From: Octopus sinensis
Lineage: Eukaryota
Direction: 5' to 3'
Length of the DNA: 64,000 nucleotides
NCBI RefSeq assembly: GCF_006345805.1
Contig: NC_043009.1
Coordinates: forward strand, 28,024,001-28,088,000
Shown here: positions 12,475 to 21,745 of the stretch, in pieces
How positions within the stretch are numbered: the stretch's first letter is position 1
Layout: every line of letters begins with the position of its first letter
Made by a program: the position numbers and the translations under genes
The notes under the pieces: generated by a model
What the model saw: the letters and a program-made list of their open reading frames with translations, nothing else
Database searches by the model: none
Told to the model about the DNA's origin: nothing

Positions 12475-12581
12475 AAATGGCTGCTGACCTCAACAGATTG
12501 GAAGTGTTATCAGGTACATGCTTTGTTTTGGTATAAAAGATGGACTGCAGCAAATATCTTGCTCAATACCACAGATTTGCC
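12475..12581 (+). mobile_element. 5' fragment of the 555-bp (TAA)n-flanked element G
   Basis: gattggaagtgttatca..ggtataaaagatgg..gctcaataccacagatttgc shared with 13383 and 21006 copies. Confidence 0.75.
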
Positions 12582-12654
<73 letters not shown>

Positions 12655-12674
12655 TGATGATGATATTAATAATA

Positions 12675-12975
12675 ATCCTTTAAAATTTGAAATAGGGAGA
12701 ATTTGGAGCATGTGAACAGTAAAGGTCGTGCCTATTATAATTGGTACGTTGGGAACAGTAAGCCAAGATATGGGCAAATGGCTGAAGGAGATTGAAGTAG
12801 AATGCCCGGTAGAGCTCCGACAGAAAGTCTTTCTCTTAGGGCCAGCAAGGATCATCAGGAGGGTTCCAAGCACTTTAAAAACTGCTGGAAACTTGAGGAT
12901 AAATAAGATTACAGATAGTAACCTGTTACCCACATAATTCCGACCAGGAATAAGACCAAACCTGAGCCAAACCAA
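12675..12975 (+). mobile_element. Second RLE-type LINE family, 3' end, degenerate
   Basis: Translation LKFEIGRIWSM*TVKVVPIIIGTLGTV..KWLKEIEV..ELRQKVFLLGPARIIRRV parallels the C-terminus of the 12004 element; follows (TAA)n. Confidence 0.75.
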
Positions 12976-13020
12976 AATAATGGTAATTTATAAAAATTGA
13001 TAACTTTTCACATAGGTAAA

Positions 13021-13279
13021 TAGACAAGAATAGCAGAATGGATTTGTAATAGAGATTGTTTATTTAACGGTTTGGACAATATTTTAACAGATCATCTGTC
13101 TTCTTCAGGTTCAAAATGGAAAATGGAACAAAACCACAGAAATACAGAAATTCAAAATATAAACAAGGAAGAAATTTTATGTTCCGATTCAGATAAAATG
13201 ACAACCTATTGAAATATTGTTCAAACCTTTAAATAAACAATGTCTATTACAAATTGCACCCTGCTATTCTTATTGTCTA
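13021..13279. repeat. Imperfect inverted repeat, about 70-bp arms (13021-13090 and 13206-13279), MITE-like
   Basis: gaatagcag..atttgtaataga.attgtttatttaa.ggtttg.acaatattt on opposite strands. Confidence 0.8.
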
Positions 13280-13308
13280 AAAACAATGATAATGATGATG
13301 ATGATGAT

Positions 13309-13382
<74 letters not shown>

Positions 13383-13384
<2 letters not shown>

Positions 13385-13864
13385 CTGATTGGAAGTGTTA
13401 TCATGTACATAGTTTTGTCTTGGTATAAAAGATGGGCTACAGCAAATATTCTGCTCAATACCACAGATTTGCTTGTCAGTTGTTTGACCATAACCAGTTG
13501 ACCATGTCTCTTAGTGGCTGACACTATGTGCATCTCTGATCACAAGCAGAAGTAGTGGGAGAGCATCATAGCCATGTGTTGAGGGGGATTCTTTGGGGTT
13601 TGAATAATTCACCTCTGGAAACATAAGTTTTTTCGTTCAACATCCTTAAACAACTCTTATTCAGGGACCTTTTGAGTGGGATGGGTTACTTGACCAGAAG
13701 AAAAAATTCTAACTGTGCTGTTAATCTTGATATGAGATTACCATGTCGCGCACATATTGTTGTGATGCATGTGCCTGGTGTACCCTTATCAGATGGGTAG
13801 TCATGATGGGTATATTGGGTTTTGTATATTTTTACCTCAGTGTTGCTTTGATGGCATGCACTGC
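13383..13864 (+). mobile_element. (TAA)n-flanked non-coding element G
   Basis: Reverse-complement match to 21006-21560 over about 480 bp; (TAA)n upstream, aataacaac..aataat downstream. Confidence 0.85.
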
Positions 13865-13884
13865 AATAACAACAACAACAATAA

Positions 13885-14092
13885 TGGTTTCAAATTTTGA
13901 CACAAGGGCAGCAATTTTGAGAAAGTGGGTTAGTTGATTGCATTGACCCCAGTACTCAGCTGGTACTTACTTTACCAACCCCGAAGGATGAAAGGCAAAA
14001 TCAACTTCAGCAGAATTTGAACTCAGAACATTTTGAGAGATGAAATGCTACTAAGCATTTTACTTGGCATGTTAACGATTCTGCCAGCTGGT
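13885..14092 (-). mobile_element. SINE family A
   Basis: gaccccagtactcagctggtac..ggatgaaaggcaaaatcaac..aacgattctgccagct. Confidence 0.8.
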
Positions 14093-14097
14093 CACTG

Positions 14098-14208
14098 ATT
14101 CTTCTTCTTCTTCTTCTTCTTCTTCTTCTTCTTCTTCTTCTTCTTCTTCTTCTTCTTCTTCTCCTCCTCCTCCTCCTCCTCCTCCTTCTTCTTCTTATTA
14201 TCATCATC

Positions 14209-14274
<66 letters not shown>

Positions 14275-14284
14275 CCATCATCAT

Positions 14285-14338
<54 letters not shown>

Positions 14339-14345
14339 TATTGTT
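14098..14345. repeat. (CTT)n-(CCT)n-(CAT)n composite microsatellite
   Basis: Direct reading; source of the poly-D/poly-R ORF. Confidence 0.95.
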
Positions 14346-14348
14346 ATT

Positions 14349-14652
14349 CAGTAGTCTTGTTTTCATCATGTGCTTTCACTGCACTACCGAGCGCAGCTCT
14401 GTGGCCCTTGGGTATGTGCTGTGGTTTGCTGTGATGCTCTTATGGTTACTCTATTGAAAGTGTTTTGCATAGGATGTGTGCAGTGCCTAGTAGTGCTATA
14501 TTTTGTACGTTATATATACTTGTTAGTCCTGGTGTTTTTGTTATGTATTTGTCTGAATAGTTTTTTATCATACCTAATGCACCTATTATGATAGGAATTG
14601 CTTCTGTTTCTAGACACCACATTCGAGTTACCTCTATTTTCAGATCTTTATT
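14349..14652 (-). mobile_element. R4/Dong-type LINE 3' end
   Basis: KDLKIEVTRMWCLETEAIPIIIGALG..IALLGTAHILCKTL; same family as 12004-12450; (TTA)-type flanks on the + strand. Confidence 0.85.
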
Positions 14653-14711
14653 CATTATTATTATTGTTGTTAATGATGATGATGATGATGATGATGATAA
14701 TAATAATAATA

Positions 14712-14743
<32 letters not shown>

Positions 14744-15149
14744 TGATGATAATAATAATAATGATAATAATTATAGCAACAACAACCAATAATATAAACC
14801 TTGATGTAAAGGCAAATACCAAACAATACAAAACAAAACAAAAACAAATAGCTTCGCACTTGACTTGAAACAAAACCAATGGTATTGAAGGGAGAAAAGA
14901 TTAAGGTCATTGAAAAGATTAGGAGGCAGAAATAAATCCTCTCTTTGCCTGCCTGTTCACTATTTAACCTAAAGGTTGCATTTGACTTGTTTGTAAACTT
15001 ATAGGTCACATTCGCTGTTGTGTGATTATCAATCATTTAAAGCTTTATTTAAGTAAGTGAGCTATGAGCTGGTTCGAAGAGGAAATTACAACTGGACTAT
15101 TCAATCAGTTATTCAATTTGGCACAATCAATTGTTTCTCTCGCAAGCAA

Positions 15150-15300
15150 TAAATAATAAATTAAAGATTGGTGAGGGTTGCGGGGGGATAGGCACGGGTG
15201 GGTGGTTTGGAGAGAAAAAAAGGGAAAAGAAATAATAGCGATGAAAAGAAAGGAGAGGCGATCAAATACGCTGGCCATTTTGGGGTTGTTACTTTCGTAT
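15150..15300 (-). promoter_or_regulatory. Possible promoter or first-exon region
   Basis: Non-repetitive stretch with several CpGs and a G-rich run; minus strand reads ccccaaaATGGCCAGC/gtattt (YY1-like AAAATGGC). Weak evidence. Confidence 0.2.
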
Positions 15301-15410
15301 TTAGATTGAATAAATCAAATGTTAGAGAAATACAACAAATACTCCATACAAAAGTGCATTTTAAGAAAGATATTAGAAACAAAAATATACAAGATATATA
15401 TATATATATA

Positions 15411-15463
15411 TAAAACACAGAACATAGATTTATGTATGTGTATGGACATATACATTTGCTATG

Positions 15464-15517
<54 letters not shown>

Positions 15518-15568
15518 CAGAACATAGATTTATGTATGTGTATGGACATATACATTTGCTATGTATAT

Positions 15569-15570
<2 letters not shown>
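15411..15570. repeat. 60-nt unique block duplicated at 100-bp period inside (TA)n
   Basis: 15411-15470 equals 15511-15570. Confidence 0.9.
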
Positions 15571-15610
<40 letters not shown>

Positions 15611-15644
15611 TATCTATATATATATATATATATAAATCATATAT

Positions 15645-15680
<36 letters not shown>

Positions 15681-16162
15681 ATCATCATCATCATAGCTTA
15701 ACGTCCACTTTCCATGCTAGCATGGGTGGGATAGATAGATATGTGTATGTGTGTTTGTTTGTTTGTGTATGTGTATAAGTATATACAAATAAATGCATGT
15801 GCTATTAATAAATATACATATATATACATATATATATATGAAAATATATATGCATATATGTGTATTATATATATGTGTGTATGTGTGTGTGAGTGTGTGT
15901 ATGTGTGTGAGTGTGTGCACATGTATGTATGTGTGCGAGTGTGTATGTGTGTGTGTATGTGTGTGTGTATGTTTGTATGTGTGTGTATGTGCATATGTGT
16001 GTATGTGTGCGTGTGTGTGCTCACTGGAACATGTACCCATGCACAAAACCTCAATCCAAGATGGCCCAAGATATTTAATTGGAAACGAAACCAAATCCTG
16101 TTCTTTAAATTCTTGAAAAATCTGAAATATTTTCCAGAACAGACAATTTGTCACAAGATGTA

Positions 16163-16401
16163 CATGGTCAGCCAAATGTCACCTGAAAATAAATCAAAAA
16201 ATTCCATAAATAATTAATATTCAATTTTATTTATTCATTCCAATTATAAATGTTCAATAATTGAATACTGTGAGTTAAAATCACTGATTTTTTCAACATT
16301 TGTCTATTTATTAGCGAAGTCTAATATAAAACAATTCTTTGTTTTAATCTTGGAAGTGAATTGTTTTTGATTTACTGTCAGGTGACTTTTGGCCAAACCT
16401 G
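16163..16401. mobile_element. Tc1/mariner-type MITE
   Basis: TA-catggtcagccaaatgtcacctgaaaataaatcaaaaa versus reverse complement TA-caggtttggccaaaagtcacctgacagtaaatcaaaaa; TA at both ends. Confidence 0.8.
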
Positions 16402-16554
16402 TATATATAGATAGATGTACATATGTATATGAATGTATACATCAGGTGATTATAGTTCTTGTCAATACATATGTATACAATTATGTGCTTTGACTACAGC
16501 ATTAGAGGACTTTAGCTCTTATTTCTAGCAATACTGGCAAGTCAGTTGACTGAA

Positions 16555-16700
16555 CCAAAATTTGCTGTCTACTTTCTGGCATGATTTTCTATGGCTGGAC
16601 ACCCTTCCTAATGCCAACCACTTTACAGAGTACGTTGGGTGCTTTTAATATGGCACCAACACTAGTGAGGTCACCAAGTAATTTGCAAGACAAATCCATT
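16555..16700 (-). mobile_element. RTE LINE 3' UTR fragment
   Basis: ggctggacacccttcctaatgccaaccactttacagag shared with other RTE ends. Confidence 0.7.
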
Positions 16701-16754
16701 TAAGTGAGAAGGGAGTAGTATTGAGAGAGGTGGTTTTATATATATATATATATT

Positions 16755-17090
16755 ATGGAGATGTACTTGCATAGCAAGTGACCTGGTCTCTGATTGTGTG
16801 CTGGAATGAAAACATTTGCAGTGTGGAAGGTATTTATAAGCCATTTAAGAAACACAAAATCCGTTAGTTTCACTTCAACATTTAAATTTAATTTGCCAAA
16901 ATATTTTCGTCACTTTGAAACCGCGACTGGTGCCAAGCTGTATCAGCCCCTTTGCTTTTCCCTTGGATAACATCAGTGGTGTGGAGTGGGGAGGCTGGTA
17001 TACATGGGCAACTGCTGGCCTTCCATAAACAACTTTGTGCCTAATTTTCTAGGTGCAATCCCATGGTCATTCATGACCTAAGGGGGTCTC
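16755..17090. repeat. Unclassified interspersed repeat
   Basis: GC-richer island bounded by (TA)n and ending ggtgcaatcccatggtcattcatgacc; single copy in the window, so classification is inference. Confidence 0.3.
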
Positions 17091-17718
17091 CTTCTCATAT
17101 ATATATATATGTATGTATGTATGTATGTGTATGAGTGTGTTTGTATGAGAGAGTGAGAGAGAGAGAGATGGAGGGAGAATAATAAGAGTTAAATTTGCTA
17201 GTTTCCTTTTTTTTTTTGCTTCTTGTTTCAGACAGGAAACCGTAATCATCAAAAATCTATTAATGAATGAGCAAAAATCATTTACGTCTGCTTCACATAT
17301 AAATAATAACTAATTTCTACATCCTGGCAAGTAACAGAGAAACACATAATTTCTACTGCTTCATTAATATTAATTATAGAATAGGAAAATGCTGAAATAA
17401 TGATTAATTAGGAAAGGGGGGGAAAAAATAAAGGAAAGAAAACTAAAGCAACCCAAAATAGCAAAAGATAAATGTATAATACACATACACCTGTTGCTCA
17501 GAGAATAAAATTTGCTTATTGCTGAGATCAAAGAGAGAAAATAATAAGACTTTTATTTAAACTAAATATTTAATACTATACAGGTGTGGTTGTTACGATT
17601 CCTAGGTCATGGTTTCAAAATCATATTTCGTTAAATTATTCTTTTATTAATAGTCATCAAAATTATGAGAACAGGCAAAGGAACATCATTCCTTTAGTGC
17701 AATATAGACAATGGGAGA

Positions 17719-17933
17719 AGGCAGGGGGAGCTGGCAGAAATGTTAGCACGCCGGGTGTAATGCTTAGCAGTATTTTGTCTGCCTTTACATTCTGAGTTTA
17801 AATTCCGCAGAGGTCAACTTTGTTTTCATCCTTTCAGGGTCGAGAAATTAAGTACCAGTTGCATACTGGGGTCGACCTAATCGACTGGCCCCTCTCCCCC
17901 AAAATTTCAGGCCTTGTTCCTAGAGTAGAAAAG
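17719..17933 (+). mobile_element. SINE family A, full length, with 18-bp target-site duplication
   Basis: aatatagacaatgggaga at 17701-17718 and 17934-17951; A-box-like tggcagaaatgttag and B-box gagtttaaattcc. Confidence 0.9.
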
Positions 17934-18044
17934 AATATAGACAATGGGAGATTAGATTAGCAATTACTGTCAAAATTAAATAATTTCCAGAAAATATGCC
18001 CTCCTCAAAGATTGACAATCCAGAACAATCTTTTATCATTTATT

Positions 18045-18406
18045 TTTTGTTTGCTTCAGTCATTAGACTATGGCCATACTGGGGCACTGCCTTGAAGAAA
18101 TTTTAGTCGCATGAGTAGATCCCATCACATTTGTTTTTGTTTTTAAAGCCTGAGCCAAACAGCTAAGTTACATGGACACAAACAAACCAACACCAGTTGT
18201 CAGGTGGTGGCAGAGGACACACACATACACACTCACACACACATGTGACAGACTTCTTTCAATTTCTTTCTACCAAATCCACTCACATGGCTTTGGTTGA
18301 ACATTGGCTTTAGTAGAAAACACTTGCCCAATGCCATGCAGTGGGATTGAACTCAAAACCATGCGGCTGGGCAGCAAACTTCTTATCACACAGCCACGCC
18401 TGCACC
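18045..18406 (-). mobile_element. SINE family B, near full length
   Basis: Reverse complement of the family B consensus, from tail to cacacagccacgcctgcacc head. Confidence 0.85.
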
Positions 18407-18537
18407 AGTATATGTATGAATGTAAAGACCATAAAAATGATCTAAGATCAACGAAAACATGTTCCTGCGTCATTGTGTGTTATTAGCTACAAAGACTGGA
18501 TTCATTTTCTGCAGCCCTTTAAAAACAATAGCTCTTA

Positions 18538-18970
18538 GGCGCAGAAGGGTTTGGGGTAAGGAATTTGCTTCCCAACCACATGGTTCTATGCTCAGTCCCA
18601 CTCTGTGGCACCTTTGGTAAGAGTCTTCTATTATAGCCTTGGGTTGACCAAAGTCTTGTAAGTGGATTTGGTAGATGGAAAGTGAAAGAAGCCTATTGTA
18701 AAATATATATGTATGTGTGTGTGTATATGTGTGTGTATGTGAATGCGTATGTGTGTGTGTGTGTGTGCGTGTTTGTGTCTGTGTTTGCATCCCGCCACCG
18801 CTTGACAACCAGTGTTGCTGTGTTTACATCCCCACAACTTAGCAGTTCAGTAAAATACACCAATAGAATGATTATCAGGCTTAAAAAAATACAACACAAA
18901 ATTCTCCAAGGTGGTGCCCCAGCATGGCCGCACTCTAGTGACTAAAACAAGTCATAAATAAAAGATAAAA
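18538..18970 (+). mobile_element. SINE family B, full length
   Basis: ggcgcag..ggtaagg..cccaaccacatggttc head through ggtgccccagcatggccgc tail. Confidence 0.85.
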
Positions 18971-19242
18971 GATTACAACATAGGAATGGTAAATGATAAA
19001 TTTCCTGATGTATGCACAGCATGGCAAATATTAAATTGGTGTGTGATTAATTTGGAATTTGGATAATATGGCAGTAAAATGAAGTCATGTTCATCTTGGT
19101 AATTAGTAATTAGTAAGAAATTTGTAATGATCCATGAAAGCACTTATTTAATTTATAGGCATCCATCACTTGTGAGAGATTATGGCATTCCATACTCTTG
19201 GTAGGAGCTTTAGGGGCCTGTGCAGCCATTAGTAGATCGCTA

Positions 19243-19412
19243 GGCACTAAACCTTTTTTATTTTCTCTCCCTGTTTATTTCTGGGTTCCTTTCTGTCGAA
19301 GAGCGTAGGCTCAAAACGTAAAAGACTTTCTCACTTTCTGAGCATTAAACTAATACATCTGTTTGTTGTTTACATCACCTGTCTTCGTCTTTTGTATTTT
19401 TGTAAATTCTCA
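19243..19412 (+). mobile_element. Probable Penelope-type terminal repeat fragment with a hammerhead-like motif
   Basis: ccttt-ctgtcga-a-gagc-gtag-gctc-aaaac-gta-aaag at 19286-19327; no ORF. Assignment is inference from the motif layout. Confidence 0.45.
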
Positions 19413-19429
19413 ATAGTAGACTTACATGG

Positions 19430-19682
19430 CTTCTCACTACAACCAGCTTGACCCAGTGGAACACCCAGGGTATGAAGGAAGAAAGAGAGAGAGAAAGAAA
19501 GAGAGAGAGAGAGAGGAGGGGCTACTCTGGTAGCTAGCAGTTACATCTTTACAGCTGAGTAGACTGGAGCAATAAGAAATAAAGTAACTTGGTCAAAAGC
19601 ACATGTCAATCATTTAAGGAATTGAACCTAAAACATTATGATTAAAAGCTGAACACATTAACCACTAGGCTACATACCTCCA
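19430..19682 (-). mobile_element. tRNA-type SINE (family C-like head)
   Basis: cagctgagtagactggagcaat..ggaattgaacc..ttaaccactaggctac. Confidence 0.6.
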
Positions 19683-19803
19683 CACTCATTTAATACGGAA
19701 ATATTTAAGCTCATCATTTGACCATCAGCTACCTGGATTATTAATTGCTGGTAGGGGCACCGTATTTCGTTATGTGGCCATAATATATTACCAGATATAT
19801 TAA

Positions 19804-20023
19804 CCCTTTAGCATTCAGATTATTCTGTTAAATCTAATCCTTATTTATTTACATTGTTTTAAATTAATTATGGATTATCTCATAGCTTTGAGATTTTGAT
19901 GATGTGATTGTTTTATTTTAGAATGACATTGTAGGAGAGGTGTGAGAGATTAGATTTGACCAGTTTGAGCATAACATAGATAGAGCGTTTGGGCCGGATA
20001 TGGCCAGATTAAATGCTAAAGGG
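19804..20023 (+). mobile_element. TTAA-type (piggyBac-like) MITE
   Basis: TTAA-ccctttagcatt ... aatgctaaaggg-TTGA terminal inverted repeats. Confidence 0.85.
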
Positions 20024-20376
20024 TTGAAGGCATATAAGTCAATACTGTGTCCTACCTGTGTTAGCAGTGCTATTCAATCACATTTTCAAGGTAATCTCTA
20101 TGGGGTTGCATGCTATATTTGAATTTGTTGTCAATGCATTCATTTAATTAGCAGAGAATTAAATACCTACTTTGCTTTAATTTAGTAATCTATCATGGTT
20201 GTCACAGTTCTGTGTTTAAGAGATGAAGAATTATGTACATTATTTACATTTGATGGATATTTGTCCCCATCTTGTTTGTTTCAACTGATATACCCTCCTG
20301 CCTTCATCAGGTGACTTGGGGAAATTTCAAACCTGGGTTCTCATTCCTAAGGTATTTTTCGATGTTATTATTATTA

Positions 20377-20411
<35 letters not shown>

Positions 20412-20412
20412 T

Positions 20413-20660
20413 CAGTAGTTTTATTTTTATAGCGTGCTTTCACTTCACTACCGAGCACAGCTCTGTGTGCCTTGGGTATGTGCTGTGATTTGTTGTGATG
20501 CTCTGATGGTTATTGTATGGAAAGTGTTCTGCGTAGGATGTGTGCAGTGCCTAGTAGTGCAATTTTCTGTATGTTATATGTGTTTGTAAGTCCTGGTGTT
20601 TTTGTTATGTATTGTCTGAATATTTTTTTATCATGCCTAATGCACCTACTATGATAGGAA

Positions 20661-20663
<3 letters not shown>
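20413..20663 (-). mobile_element. R4/Dong-type LINE 3' end, tandem copy 1
   Basis: Same family as 12004-12450; flanked by (TTA)n. Confidence 0.9.
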
Positions 20664-20699
<36 letters not shown>

Positions 20700-20709
20700 T
20701 ATTATTATT

Positions 20710-20958
20710 CAGTAGTTTTATTTTTATAGCGTGCTTTCACTTCACTACCGAGCACAGCTCTGTGTGCCTTGGGTATGTGCTGTGATTTGTTGTGATGCTC
20801 TGATGGTTATTGTATGGAAAGTGTTCTGCGTAGGATGTGTGCAGTGCCTAGTAGTGCAATTTTCTGTATGTTATATGTGTTTGTAAGTCCTGGTGTTTTT
20901 GTTATGTATTTGTCTGAATATTTTTTTATCATGCCTAATGCACCTACTATGATAGGAA

Positions 20959-20963
<5 letters not shown>
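20710..20963 (-). mobile_element. R4/Dong-type LINE 3' end, tandem copy 2
   Basis: Near-identical to 20413-20663 (one T indel seen); 297-bp period. Confidence 0.9.
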
Positions 20964-21005
<42 letters not shown>

Positions 21006-21559
21006 GAGTGAGAGAGCAGTTCATGCCATCAAAGTGACACTGGGGTAAAATATACGAAGCCCAATATACCCATCATGACTACCCGTCTGATAAAGGTACA
21101 CCAGGCACATGCATCACAACCATATGTGCGCGACATGGTGATCTCATATCAAGATAAACAGCACATGACCTTGCAGGTGGGGCCCAGTTAGAATTTTCTT
21201 CAGGTTGAGTAGCCCATCCCGCTCAAACGGTCCCTGAATAAGGTTTGTTTAAGGATGTTGAAAGAACCACCCATGTTTCCAGAGGTGAACTATTCAAACC
21301 CCAAAGAATCCCTCTCAGCACATGGCCATGATGCTCCCCCACTACTTCTGCTCGTGATCAGAGATGCACATATCGTCAGCCACTAAGGGACATGCTCAAC
21401 TGGTTAAGGTCAAACAACTGACAAGCAAATCTGTGGTATTGAGCAGAATATTTGCTGTAGCCCATCTTTTATACCAAGACAAAACAATGTACATGATAAC
21501 ACTTCCAATCAGTTAAGATCAGATGCCATGAGAGCCACTGCCTGGTACTGCATCAGGGC

Positions 21560-21560
<1 letters not shown>
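21006..21560 (-). mobile_element. (TAA)n-flanked non-coding element G, longest copy (555 bp)
   Basis: (TTA)n on both sides; matches 13383-13864 and 12475-12581. Confidence 0.85.
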
Positions 21561-21611
<51 letters not shown>

Positions 21612-21613
21612 GC

Positions 21614-21654
<41 letters not shown>

Positions 21655-21657
<3 letters not shown>

Positions 21658-21745
21658 TATGTTTGACTTTTGCTTTATATTTGTACAAGTTGGCTCCAAG
21701 TCTCACCCAGAGACCTCAAGAGACAACAGGGTTGGAAGTTCATGT
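21655..21745 (-). mobile_element. Short (TAA)n-flanked insert, probably the 3' UTR of another RLE LINE
   Basis: Non-microsatellite block bounded by (TTA)n on both sides; family assignment is inference. Confidence 0.45.
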
